Below, piece after piece: positions 36,535-45,918 of a stretch of 64,000 nucleotides of DNA; the first letter of the stretch is position 1; the number at the start of each line of letters is the position of its first letter. Source of the stretch: a virus; IMG/VR virus record IMGVR_UViG_3300027971_000043, positions 17,731 to 81,730 of that record, one strand, 5' to 3'. Both the position numbers and the translations under genes were made by a program. The notes beneath the pieces were generated by a model, which saw nothing but the letters and a program-made list of their open reading frames with translations, did no database searches and was not told the origin of the DNA.

Positions 36535-38801
36535 GCTTTTGGTGCGGTGTTAGTTTTCAACGCAGCACTTAAACTAGCCGCGGCCTGAGCATCTTGTAAA
36601 GCTAATTTTTGTTTCATCTCGGCTTCTTGAAACTTGGCGTCCAGCATCGCTTTTTCTTGTTTCAACTGCATATCAAGCTGATGTTCTTGCATTTTCATTT
36701 GCATCTGAGGGCTTATAGGTTGAACTTGGCCCTGTTCTAGAGCCGCTTGCTGTTGTTCTTCGTTAGCCTTTCGGATATCTTCCTCAACATCACGTTGCAA
36801 ATTGACGACAGCTTCTCGCATTAAATTCATTGCCATTTTAATCTGACCGAGTTCTCCTTGCTTTGTCTGGTCTTGAGCAATCCTGATAAAATGATCATTA
36901 ACGTGCTGGAACATTAAGGAGAGATAAGCCAATGTTTGCTGTTTATCTTGTACTTGTTTATTCTGCACTGCCTCAACAATAGGACTACTCTCGCCGAGAT
37001 GCACAGATAAATGAACGGAGTGATTTTCGCTAGGCAGAACGGTCATCTGTTTGCCCTCCTGCATTGCAGCGTTTTCTAACTGAGCAATCTTGGCGTCGGC
37101 AGGAATACGATTTTTAACGTTAGGATTTGGTAGATAACGGTCGACCTGATCGTAACCGACTCGAGCAGCAATCCGGTCGCGAATTGCGTTGACTTGACCG
37201 ACCTCATCAAAACGGGGAAGCATTCCCATAAATTCATTGAAGGCCGTAATACGAGCCGCTGGAGAACCTAACCCAACGGACTTAACTGGCTCCACGCTGT
37301 ATACGGCTTTGACTGCTTGCCACGGAACTCCTCTTTCTTCCAAACGAGTACGGAACAGCATGGCTTCTTTTGCTCCGTCTTCTTCTGGAACCCAAGTATC
37401 CCGTTGCAGTCTCCTAAACTGTTCCCGAAGCAATCTGCCCCAAGGAACGTAAAACAAATTCATTGAGTTCGTTGTAAGAATACTTTCATTCGCTACTTGG
37501 GCTTCAACTTCTGTGGCAGTCCTTGGATTTCCGGAAGGACCATTCATTTGAGTCCTATAAGATCCAGTATTGCTTTGGCGAACCATCGCCATCTCATTAA
37601 TTAAAGGCTGAACATTGGCTGCTAAATTTGGGTACTGAGTTTGAACAACATTAAGTCCTGGGGGCAAAAACGATAGCGGTCCGGAATACGCCATCGACAT
37701 TCTAGAAACATCTTCTCCACTTTGGGGTTGAAGAAGAACGGAAGTCTGTAGCATAGCTCCATCTGCCATGGCGCAACGCAAACGATTGGTCATCTGAATG
37801 TGCGGGAAAATCTTATAGCCTAACCCGCGAATAGAGTGATACGTGCCGTTACCAATGCCATATGTAAAAATATGAAAAGCTTCTTCAGCGGCTTTAAACT
37901 GATTAATCTTCTTAAATAAAAAATCACCACTTCCATCTCTTCGCCCAATCGCGTGTGAATAGGATCCGTCAAACTCTCGAACGTAATAGTGTACAACGTG
38001 AATTTCTTTTGCTCGAACATGAGCAAAGTAAAGATCATTGTTCTTCATTTGCCTCTGGAGTTCTTCCCAGTTTAAGCCGTCGGCAGGAAAAGTCGTGGTA
38101 GCGTCAATAATTGCTTGTCTTGTTGCCTCAACATTCCATCCGGCCTGGGCAGCAATTTTAGGATCTTTAATGTACTCGTATAATTCGTGGGTTAGGTAAA
38201 TCCTGCGAACGCAAGCTATATCGACTTTTCCTTCGGTTGCGGAAGTTCCGCGAGGAATAAAGAAATCACCAATAGGGCAAACATTCCACTTCCAATTTCG
38301 ATCATCCTCAAAGAAGGCAATTCCTAAACCTTGCGAAACAAAATAATAAGAAAGCAGTTGTTGTTTAAAATAAAAACTGCCCCAATCTTTAGTGATAAGA
38401 CGATTAAATTCTTCGGCAATAATTGCTCCGTATTCTTCTCTTTGACTTTCGTCGCCAAACTTAGTTCTAACGTTTACCAAACGGTCAACAGAAGTTACAA
38501 GGTCATTATATGACGTAAGAGCTTTTTCAAGGTCTGCCCCAGCTTCACCGAAATTTAAATTGGCGCGGTAACTTTGACCTAGTCTGCGAAGTACGATTGG
38601 GTCGTAAGGAGAGGCTCCGTCAAACATATCCATGATCCGAGCGCGATCGCGAGCGGACTGTTCGTCAGCCAAATACAATTGTTGATACAAACCGTGCAAA
38701 CCTTTTTGATCGGTAATTCGGGTTTTAGGCGCTTTTCCCTTGTTATCCAAATTTAACAAAGAATCGTCGTTAGGAGAAGAAATAGGATATTTGGGCTCCA
38801 C
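36531..38801 (-). CDS. portal protein
   Basis: RTATEV motif, Q-rich C-terminal barrel, follows terminase; GTG 38801 preferred because the track start (38840) lies in a promoter -35. Confidence 0.8.
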   Translation of the reverse strand: MEPKYPISSPNDDSLLNLDNKGKAPKTRITDQKGLHGLYQQLYLADEQSARDRARIMDMFDGASPYDPIVLRRLGQSYRANLNFGEAGADLEKALTSYNDLVTSVDRLVNVRTKFGDESQREEYGAIIAEEFNRLITKDWGSFYFKQQLLSYYFVSQGLGIAFFEDDRNWKWNVCPIGDFFIPRGTSATEGKVDIACVRRIYLTHELYEYIKDPKIAAQAGWNVEATRQAIIDATTTFPADGLNWEELQRQMKNNDLYFAHVRAKEIHVVHYYVREFDGSYSHAIGRRDGSGDFLFKKINQFKAAEEAFHIFTYGIGNGTYHSIRGLGYKIFPHIQMTNRLRCAMADGAMLQTSVLLQPQSGEDVSRMSMAYSGPLSFLPPGLNVVQTQYPNLAANVQPLINEMAMVRQSNTGSYRTQMNGPSGNPRTATEVEAQVANESILTTNSMNLFYVPWGRLLREQFRRLQRDTWVPEEDGAKEAMLFRTRLEERGVPWQAVKAVYSVEPVKSVGLGSPAARITAFNEFMGMLPRFDEVGQVNAIRDRIAARVGYDQVDRYLPNPNVKNRIPADAKIAQLENAAMQEGKQMTVLPSENHSVHLSVHLGESSPIVEAVQNKQVQDKQQTLAYLSLMFQHVNDHFIRIAQDQTKQGELGQIKMAMNLMREAVVNLQRDVEEDIRKANEEQQQAALEQGQVQPISPQMQMKMQEHQLDMQLKQEKAMLDAKFQEAEMKQKLALQDAQAAASLSAALKTNTAPKA

Positions 38802-38811
38802 AAGTTTGGCT

Positions 38812-38840
38812 AGTATGGGGGAAGTGAATGTTCCTGTCAA
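38812..38840 (-). promoter_or_regulatory. promoter TTGACA-N17-CATACT
   Basis: 10 nt before GTG 38801. Confidence 0.55.
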
Positions 38841-38851
38841 TCAGATTTCAG

Positions 38852-40588
38852 TTAACCTAAAAACGAAGATGTGGACACGGCTTGGTCTAATTTCTTTACT
38901 TGCTTTTGCCAAGAATCTCTTATTTTACCCCCAAAAAGAGAACCTGCTTGAATGCCAAGTCTTTGCCTGGCAAGGTCAAGCCCAAGGAAAAAGGCGTCGG
39001 CTAAATCGGGTGATCGGCCAAGACGAAGTTTGTAGTCTCGCTTGGGCTCAATAGTGACCTTACCTCCCGCTGTGGTTGTATACTTTCGACCGGTCATCTC
39101 TTTGGCTAAGTCGGGGAGTATACCTTTAAGCTGGCCCGACCTCATATATTCAACTCCCGAAAACCACAGTTCGGTAACGCGGTTAGTATACTTATCTAAG
39201 CCTCGAATGGGATTAGTAATGCTAACGGGCAAAGCGGATGCTTTTTCTCCAAACTTGATTCGTACAATTCTTGGGGACCAAAGCTCAGCCAAGATGTCGC
39301 AAAACGGATCGCCTGCTCCAGTAGCGTCTATGGCTAGCCGTTCAGGAGGTACACCGGATTCATTGCATAACCGAATAACTTCTCGGGCAATCTGAAAGTT
39401 TCTGGGTTCTGGTTTGGTAACATCTTCTCTTAGGTGATGGAATTTATGCAATGCTACGGCGGGACCAGACTCCTCGCTCTGACCATATTTAATAATGGCG
39501 AGAACTGATCTATCTCCTCCATTTGTGAATGCCGGATCAAATCCAGCCAGGAACATAGGAGTATTCGACCATCTGGGTTCTTTGGCGACATCGTACTTTC
39601 TGAAATCGGCTTCCGAATAAATGCCCTCTTCAGCCCCAACAGGAGCTGGAAAACTTCTTATGAATCTCCAGAATGACAAGGAGTTTTCTCCCTCGTTCTC
39701 AATTGCGTATTTTACTTGCTTGGAGGTTAACAAAAACGGCCATTTATCATTGTGCTCGATGTTGGGTGTTTTAAGTCCGTCTAAGTGAACGCATTTCCCC
39801 GTCTTGGTATCCCACTCATCGGCGTCTACTGTGATTGAATTCCAACCGTCTTTTGGCGTGGAGAACACTCCAAATGGATCGTACTGCGAATTGAAATTAC
39901 CTAGGGCGACGCATTGAAATTGAGGGTTAGCATTAAGATTATTAATAGCCTCAAAGACAGAGTTGGTAACGTCGGTGGCCTCGTCAATAATTAGAAACAC
40001 TCTTTTATTCTTTAAACCAATTAGTTTGGCGGTTGCTTCTTTTTCCTTGTCCGGGCTGGAGGGAACCAAGGTTATGGAGGATCGATCCGAAGCTTCGCCG
40101 GACTCAGATACGTCCAGCACAATCTTACCCATCGAGTCAATTAACTTTCCGGGAAGTCCTGGAACCTGCATATACCGCTCGCGTATTGAACCCCATAAAC
40201 GCTTTCTAGCTTCGCGAACGCTGGTCGTAGTAACCAGCACAAGAGTTTCATGCGGGGCGCACAGCCAATTAACAAGACCCCACATGGCCATAGTAGAAGT
40301 TTTAGCTGAGGACTTTGGTCCGGAAATGGCTAGATAGTTATGTTCGCAAGCTCGCTCAATCATCCAGTCAGCCCAAGGGTGCCAATGAAATCCGTTTTTG
40401 CTTTTAGTTTTGTGGTATGGCCATAAAATATCTACCACATTTTTAAAGTGCTGAGCCTTGCCCAAACCTCCATCTTCCGGGCGCAAACCCCATTTGAAGG
40501 CGAGCAATTCAATGTCGAGGTCGCCAGCACCATCGGGCCAGGACTTTCCATATTTCTCTATAGGCAAGGGACTACTCTGCATAATCAC
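38852..40588 (-). CDS. terL: terminase large subunit
   Basis: ISGPKSSAKT, LIIDEA, ALGN, AGFDPA and SPDLADA motifs. Confidence 0.9.
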   Translation of the reverse strand: MIMQSSPLPIEKYGKSWPDGAGDLDIELLAFKWGLRPEDGGLGKAQHFKNVVDILWPYHKTKSKNGFHWHPWADWMIERACEHNYLAISGPKSSAKTSTMAMWGLVNWLCAPHETLVLVTTTSVREARKRLWGSIRERYMQVPGLPGKLIDSMGKIVLDVSESGEASDRSSITLVPSSPDKEKEATAKLIGLKNKRVFLIIDEATDVTNSVFEAINNLNANPQFQCVALGNFNSQYDPFGVFSTPKDGWNSITVDADEWDTKTGKCVHLDGLKTPNIEHNDKWPFLLTSKQVKYAIENEGENSLSFWRFIRSFPAPVGAEEGIYSEADFRKYDVAKEPRWSNTPMFLAGFDPAFTNGGDRSVLAIIKYGQSEESGPAVALHKFHHLREDVTKPEPRNFQIAREVIRLCNESGVPPERLAIDATGAGDPFCDILAELWSPRIVRIKFGEKASALPVSITNPIRGLDKYTNRVTELWFSGVEYMRSGQLKGILPDLAKEMTGRKYTTTAGGKVTIEPKRDYKLRLGRSPDLADAFFLGLDLARQRLGIQAGSLFGGKIRDSWQKQVKKLDQAVSTSSFLG

Positions 40589-40616
40589 TTGACAGTTGTC
40601 AATTTGAGTTCACTCT
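40589..40616 (+). promoter_or_regulatory. promoter TTGACA-N16-CACTCT within palindrome TTGACAGTTGTCAA
   Basis: At the divergence point of structural and replication modules. Confidence 0.55.
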
Positions 40617-40645
40617 ACGTTCCACGATGAATACACACTTAAAAA

Positions 40646-41047
40646 ATGAACAGTTGTACAAAAGGCAAAGTCGGAGAACGTGAGTGGCGCGACGTCCTCA
40701 AGGCGAAAGGTTTCGAGGCAAGGCGCGGTCGCCAGTTCTCGGGGAGCCCGGAATCGCCAGATGTTGTCAGCAACCTCCCTTTTCACTTTGAAGTCAAAAG
40801 GGTTGAGGCACTCAACATTAATAAAGCAATGGAGCAGGCCAAACGAGACAGTGGCAAGAGTGTGCCAGTTGTGGCCCATAGAAAAAACAAGTGCCCGTGG
40901 CTTGTTACGATGGCTGCGGAAGATTGGCTTGAACTAGTTCGTGAAAAACACTCAGACGCTTGTTCAACTTCGCTCGTGGCAGGAGAAATCAAAAAGTATT
41001 ATACTTCAGGCAATTCAGAACCACTCGATCGCGCTGGATTGCTCTGA
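40646..41047 (+). CDS. Holliday junction resolvase-like PD-(D/E)XK nuclease
   Basis: KGKVGERE..PDVV..HFEVKR..PVVAHRKN. Confidence 0.85.
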   Translation: MNSCTKGKVGEREWRDVLKAKGFEARRGRQFSGSPESPDVVSNLPFHFEVKRVEALNINKAMEQAKRDSGKSVPVVAHRKNKCPWLVTMAAEDWLELVREKHSDACSTSLVAGEIKKYYTSGNSEPLDRAGLL

Positions 41048-42245
41048 TACTGGAACTGGAAAAACAGTAACGGCTTGTTCGGTAGTCAAAGAACTTGATA
41101 TCCCGTTTGCAATTGTAGCTCCTAAAATAGTTCTTCCGGCTTGGAAAGAATGGTGTAGCACTTTTGGGCTACAACCAAAATTCGTACTTAACTACGAAAA
41201 GTTGCGTACTGGTAACACTCCTCACATTAAAAAACTAGGAAATAAGCAATGGGAGTGGACGGACAGCAATCCTAATTTTATGTACATATTCGACGAGGTG
41301 CATAAGTGTAAAAGCTATAAGTCTCAAAATGGGGCAATGCTTGAGGCTGCGAAATCTTCTAAAATCCTGATGCTATCGGCTACCGCGGCCGGCAGTCCGT
41401 TGGATATGCGTTTTACGGGGAGACTGTTGGGGTTACACAACGGAGTAAACTTTTTTAGTTGGCTTCACAAGAACGGCGTAGTTAAAGCTCCGTGGGGAGG
41501 AATGACTTTTCGTGGGGGCAAGAAAGTTCTTACGGACATCCATTCGAAGATATTCCCGGACAAGGGGGTTCGGATAAGGATTAGTGAGCTTGGAGATGCT
41601 TTCCCAAGCAATCAGGTTAACGCTCAAACGTTTGACATTTCCCCAAAGATCGGAGAACTATATCAGCAAGTAGAGCGAGAGATAGCTGAACTAAAAGATA
41701 AAGCCAAAGACGATAGGGATCCGGAAAGCCCTTTAACAAAACGCCTCCGCATGAGACAGGAAATTGAACTTTTGCGAGTTCCTGTAATTGTAGAAATGGC
41801 GGAAGAATTTCTTGCAGAGGATAAAAGCGTTGTCTGCTTTGTGAACTTCAGACAAACATTGGAAGCAATCGGAGAGCGGATGAAGAAACTAAAACCTTTG
41901 TTTATCCACGGCGGCCAATCTTCTGAGGAGCGAGAAGATAATGTAAAGGCATTCCAATCAAACGCACATCATCTATTGTTGTGTCAAATAAACGCGGGAG
42001 GAGTTGGAGTGAGTCTTCACGATTTGCACGGAAGGCCACGCGTATCGCTAATTAGTCCAACGTACTCGGCTATTGACTTGAAGCAGGCTCTTGGTCGTAT
42101 TCATCGTTCAGGAGCAAAATCGCCAGCTCTTCAATACATTTTATTTGCAGCCAATTCTGTTGAGGAAGAAGTTAGCCAGTCCGTCAAGAGAAAACTTCGT
42201 AACATTGATTTATTAAACGACGGCGATTTGTTAACTCATAATTAA
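40941..42245 (+). CDS. SF2 (SNF2-like) DNA helicase
   Basis: LRSWQ, DTGTGKT, FDEVH, LSAT, GGVGVSL, QALGRIHR. Confidence 0.9.
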   Translation: MKNTQTLVQLRSWQEKSKSIILQAIQNHSIALDCSDTGTGKTVTACSVVKELDIPFAIVAPKIVLPAWKEWCSTFGLQPKFVLNYEKLRTGNTPHIKKLGNKQWEWTDSNPNFMYIFDEVHKCKSYKSQNGAMLEAAKSSKILMLSATAAGSPLDMRFTGRLLGLHNGVNFFSWLHKNGVVKAPWGGMTFRGGKKVLTDIHSKIFPDKGVRIRISELGDAFPSNQVNAQTFDISPKIGELYQQVEREIAELKDKAKDDRDPESPLTKRLRMRQEIELLRVPVIVEMAEEFLAEDKSVVCFVNFRQTLEAIGERMKKLKPLFIHGGQSSEEREDNVKAFQSNAHHLLLCQINAGGVGVSLHDLHGRPRVSLISPTYSAIDLKQALGRIHRSGAKSPALQYILFAANSVEEEVSQSVKRKLRNIDLLNDGDLLTHN

Positions 42246-42248
42246 TCC

Positions 42249-42276
42249 TTGACGGTTGTGATTCCAGAGTCACAAT
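42249..42276 (+). promoter_or_regulatory. promoter TTGACG-N16-CACAAT
   Basis: 13 nt before ATG 42290. Confidence 0.55.
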
Positions 42277-42289
42277 CTACCCCACGCTA

Positions 42290-42526
42290 ATGGACACTCA
42301 ACACGCAAGGTATAGCCCAAGCACTCTTAAAAGCCGCGAACTCTGCCCAGGGTATGAACCCAAGAGGGACGGGGAAGTACATATTGTTACCCAGCGTGGA
42401 ACCGCTATGCATCACGCTTGTGAGATGAGCGACTTTGAAGATCTTAATGCCGACGAAACCAAACTCGTAATGAAATGTTTAGATTATATCGAACGTTTGC
42501 GAGCGGAGTTAACTACCGATGCTTGA
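42290..42526 (+). CDS. N-terminal part of Cas4-like/DUF2800 PD-(D/E)XK nuclease
   Basis: HARYSPS..CPG..RGTAMH..E is the canonical N-terminus of this family. Confidence 0.8.
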   Translation: MDTQHARYSPSTLKSRELCPGYEPKRDGEVHIVTQRGTAMHHACEMSDFEDLNADETKLVMKCLDYIERLRAELTTDA

Positions 42527-43391
42527 CCTCAAAGAAATTAAGCTGGAGGTTTTTGATCAATGGGGTTTTGTCGACCGATTGATGATTCGCGGCAGTAAAG
42601 CGCATTTGATTGACTATAAGTTTGGGTTTAATCCTGTCGACGACGCGGAACATAACGCTCAGATGTGGGCTTATACGTTGGGTGTATTTGATAAATATGA
42701 TTACATCGATGAGGTCACAGTTCACATTTTACAACCAAGACTAGATTTGATTTTCACCCATGCGTTTAGCCGTGAGGCTGACTACGGGAGAATCCACAAA
42801 AGAATAAAAGGAATCATAGACAAATGCAAAAATCATACGGAAGCAGATTACACCCCGGGGGATCAGTGTATTTATTGTCACAAATTACCAGACTGCCCAG
42901 CAGTCCATGGAGCCACCATGCAAATCGTTAAAGCCTATGACATGGCGCATGACGCTCAACTTCCAGAATTATTTCAGCCAAGCCAACTATCCACGCCAGA
43001 GCGTAGGGCTCAAGCCCAACGTATTGCAATGGTTATGGAAGCTTGGTGTTCAAGTGTGCGTAAACACAATTTAGAGTTTGCCAAAGAGGGTGGTGAAATC
43101 CCGGGGTATGGATTAAAAGAAATCCAAGGACGTCGGGAAATCAAAGACTCTCAGAAAGCTTGGGATTTGGTAAAGAATAAACTTACTCCCGAGGAGTTCA
43201 GCTCCGCGTGTGAGATTAAGTTCACAGATTTGGCCGATCTAGTTGCGGCCAAGGCGCCTCGCGGTCAGAAGACCGTGGCGAAAGAACAACTGGAAGATGA
43301 CCTCATCGCTGCCGAAGCAATGACGCGCGGGGAGCCATCTTATCAACTAAGAAAAAATAAAGAAGTAAAAGAGCTAAAACAAATAAAATGA
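42519..43391 (+). CDS. C-terminal catalytic part of Cas4-like/DUF2800 nuclease
   Basis: GFVD, IDYKFG, QMWAY, QPR, CIYC..PDC. Confidence 0.85.
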   Translation: MLDLKEIKLEVFDQWGFVDRLMIRGSKAHLIDYKFGFNPVDDAEHNAQMWAYTLGVFDKYDYIDEVTVHILQPRLDLIFTHAFSREADYGRIHKRIKGIIDKCKNHTEADYTPGDQCIYCHKLPDCPAVHGATMQIVKAYDMAHDAQLPELFQPSQLSTPERRAQAQRIAMVMEAWCSSVRKHNLEFAKEGGEIPGYGLKEIQGRREIKDSQKAWDLVKNKLTPEEFSSACEIKFTDLADLVAAKAPRGQKTVAKEQLEDDLIAAEAMTRGEPSYQLRKNKEVKELKQIK

Positions 43392-44104
43392 AAACATCAT
43401 TCAGTAAGAAGGATAAAGAAGCCGTAGAGGCAAACGAAGACAAAGCATTGGCTGTTGCGGAGAACAAATCTCCGACTATTACCAATCGCAACGCCGGAGT
43501 AGACGGAGAGTTTAAAGCTTCCGACTTTTTGATCCCCAGGATCAATCTTGTCGGTAAAACTGGAAATCTCAGTAATAACTTCCAACCCGGTTCTTTTGTA
43601 TTTAACAAAGAACTTGTTGTTGGTAGTAAAGACTCAGCAATGGAAGCAATCATCACTCACATCCAGAAGAAATACATCCAGGAAATTCCTTACGGAACGG
43701 ATGTGATTCCAAAGATCTTTGCTTCGCAGGCTGAAGTCGAAGCGGCAGGTGGAACTTTGGATATCTCCGAGTCCGACGATGTGGATCGGTATATTCCATT
43801 CTTGGTTCTGACCCTGTTGGTTGCAGAGCCTAAAGATAAGAATCCGATCTTTTCTCTTGAGGGACCGGATAAAAAGAACTACGCGCTGGCGCAATACAAC
43901 CTCACAAAAAGTGCGTACCGCGGAGCTGGTCGTCAGTTGTTGACTGACAGTCAGACAGTGTTGCGGGGTGGCCTAACAAAGGGTCGCTACCAGGTGAGTA
44001 GCAAGCTCAACACCAATACGATGGGCAGTTGGTTTACCCCCACGTTCAAATTGGCTGGAACAAACAATGACGAGTTCCAGGCTTGGGCTTCTAGCTTAAT
44101 CTAA
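43388..44104 (+). CDS. putative single-stranded DNA-binding protein
   Basis: DFLIPRINLV motif; position between nuclease and polymerase. Confidence 0.6.
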   Translation: MKTSFSKKDKEAVEANEDKALAVAENKSPTITNRNAGVDGEFKASDFLIPRINLVGKTGNLSNNFQPGSFVFNKELVVGSKDSAMEAIITHIQKKYIQEIPYGTDVIPKIFASQAEVEAAGGTLDISESDDVDRYIPFLVLTLLVAEPKDKNPIFSLEGPDKKNYALAQYNLTKSAYRGAGRQLLTDSQTVLRGGLTKGRYQVSSKLNTNTMGSWFTPTFKLAGTNNDEFQAWASSLI

Positions 44105-44108
44105 GCAG

Positions 44109-44288
44109 ATGAAGAAGGGGAGACGTTCCGGCATGGTGCGGCGCGAGAAGCGTCGACAGGTTAAGTGTTCCTTGCCGCGTGAAACACCGGACGTCCTCCG
44201 TCGACTTGTATATCTCTTGAGGGATATATTTCATTTTCAAGTTCAAACACCGACGCAAGTGAAAGGTATATGGATCAAGACAAAATAG
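44109..44288 (+). CDS. small basic hypothetical protein (59 aa)
   Basis: Hand-translated MKKGRRSGMVRREKRR...; fills the intergenic gap. Confidence 0.4.
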   Translation: MKKGRRSGMVRREKRRQVKCSLPRETPDVLRRLVYLLRDIFHFQVQTPTQVKGIWIKTK

Positions 44289-44569
44289 CGCCAACTGCGA
44301 TTGAGGTCGCAAATGAGGCTTTTTCTGTAATCTGTAAGATTATGGATAAAGGCTCAGACAAAAGTGTGTTTGGACAATGGTTTCATACGGACAGCCGGAG
44401 ATATAATGCCGATCGAATGATAGGGCATGTGTGTCAGGCTATGACACAAATTGACGGCAATAGACCTAATCCAGATACAAATGGGGAAGATGCTATTGCT
44501 CATTTAGAAAGGGCATTGGTACGAGCTGCGTTTCTTTTATATAAAACTAATAGAGGTAAAATACAATGA
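44270..44569 (+). CDS. dATP/dGTP diphosphohydrolase-like (DUF5664-like) protein
   Basis: IMDKGSDK..GQW..RY..RMIGH..DTNGEDAIAHL..A..RAAFLL pattern. Confidence 0.5.
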   Translation: MDQDKIAPTAIEVANEAFSVICKIMDKGSDKSVFGQWFHTDSRRYNADRMIGHVCQAMTQIDGNRPNPDTNGEDAIAHLERALVRAAFLLYKTNRGKIQ

Positions 44570-44772
44570 TGGAACATTTTTGGTTATGGCTTTTTGTGTG
44601 GATCAGCAAGCGATGGTTCCCTACTGTCATCTTTTCTACTGATCCAAAAACTGAACGCACTACATCTATTTTCTTTTTTGACTGTGACGCTCACGCAAAA
44701 AAACTAATGGATATTATCCAAGAAAATAAACTAAACCACCAACTAGAAAAGGAGACAACTAATGATAATTGA
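44566..44772 (+). CDS. hypothetical protein (68 aa)
   Basis: ATGA coupled. Confidence 0.55.
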   Translation: MMEHFWLWLFVWISKRWFPTVIFSTDPKTERTTSIFFFDCDAHAKKLMDIIQENKLNHQLEKETTNDN

Positions 44773-44995
44773 ATGGCTATGGGATCGGCGGGGATTTGCA
44801 TTCCCCAAAACTGAAACAAAAAGCACCAAAGCAAATATAAAAAAGGTAAAAGCAAATGCAAAAAGAAAAACAAAAAAACGAAAATAAATTTACCTCGGAG
44901 GTATTAAAGGAGCTAGATTATCTTCTAGCAGAAGGCTTTATATGTTTAACCAACCCGAAGAATCCTACCATTGTTTTAAACCAGGAGGCCAACAT

Positions 44996-45298
44996 ATGAA
45001 AATTGAAGAAGTTATAGGCAAAGAAGAACTTGAAAAAGAAACCTTTGAATCTCAGAGAAATCTGAATAGGATACATCAGTTTTACCACCGGGTGGTGGAT
45101 CTGGCGGAACAAAACCATAAAACGGCTGCTGTCCTTGTGGAGGAAAACGGCCGTCTACAAATAGAGAACGAGGGGCTAAAAGAGTTTACCCAGGAACTCT
45201 TAGGCTTCATGGCAGACCTTGAGCGGGAATGTTCAGATTGCCGCAGCAGGGCTAGGTCACTCGTCCTCAACCAACCACAAATGAAAGAAGATAAATAA
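44996..45298 (+). CDS. coiled-coil hypothetical protein
   Basis: AGGAGG before the ATG of MKIEEV. Confidence 0.65.
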   Translation: MKIEEVIGKEELEKETFESQRNLNRIHQFYHRVVDLAEQNHKTAAVLVEENGRLQIENEGLKEFTQELLGFMADLERECSDCRSRARSLVLNQPQMKEDK

Positions 45299-45299
45299 T

Positions 45300-45635
45300 A
45301 TGATTGAGTTAGCAGTTCAGATTAAAAACGAAGAAGGAACAGATAAGATCAGCGTTGAGATGCTCCCTAGAGATGGGGAGGCAAACGCGGTTGAAAAAGA
45401 TGTGTTGACCGGATTGTTCCCTCTTATGGTGGAACTTCTTAACGGAGTTCTTGGTGGAGAAGGTTTTCGAAAAATGGAAAAGATGGCGGAAGTTCCAGAA
45501 CAAGAGTCACGTATTCTGGACAAGAATGGCGCTCCAACATCTATTCCCATGAATGAAGAATACCTTCTTAAAAAAGGTCTTATCGAGCCACTCGATGGGC
45601 CTCAAATCGTAGATAGAAAATCCTTAGAGGGTTAA
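45300..45635 (+). CDS. hypothetical protein (111 aa)
   Basis: Tight operon packing. Confidence 0.65.
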   Translation: MIELAVQIKNEEGTDKISVEMLPRDGEANAVEKDVLTGLFPLMVELLNGVLGGEGFRKMEKMAEVPEQESRILDKNGAPTSIPMNEEYLLKKGLIEPLDGPQIVDRKSLEG

Positions 45636-45636
45636 C

Positions 45637-45918
45637 TTGAAGCGAGCCAGTGAAGGGCTGGCCGAACAGTTTAACATAATACCGTATCCATTCGTGGGTA
45701 AGGATTATGATGAAATCGCGGCCGAGTTTGTATTGCTACGGGAGTCTGGAGTTCGTTCCGCAGAACTTGCTCAGATGCTTTTGGACGCAATAGAAATCCT
45801 TTTACGGGGACTGGCAAAACCAAAAATAACAAAACAAAGAGAAGAAAAACTTACCAGAGATCTGTCAGACATGCTTGGGAGACTTAGCATCCTTGAAGAC
45901 CTCAACTTTAAAAAATGA
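45637..45918 (+). CDS. hypothetical protein (93 aa)
   Basis: ATGA overlap with the polymerase start. Confidence 0.6.
   Translation: MKRASEGLAEQFNIIPYPFVGKDYDEIAAEFVLLRESGVRSAELAQMLLDAIEILLRGLAKPKITKQREEKLTRDLSDMLGRLSILEDLNFKK

Noticed and set aside
40627-40683. 18-aa upstream ORF with TTAAAAAAT as a programmed frameshift into the resolvase
   Set aside because: Joining needs +1 rather than -1, and the resolvase has its own normal start
42290-43391. CRISPR-Cas locus
   Set aside because: The Cas4-like nuclease sits in a replication operon; no array or other cas genes
44270-44569. 2-aminoadenine (Z) genome pathway
   Set aside because: No purZ or datZ seen; a DUF5664-like gene alone is insufficient
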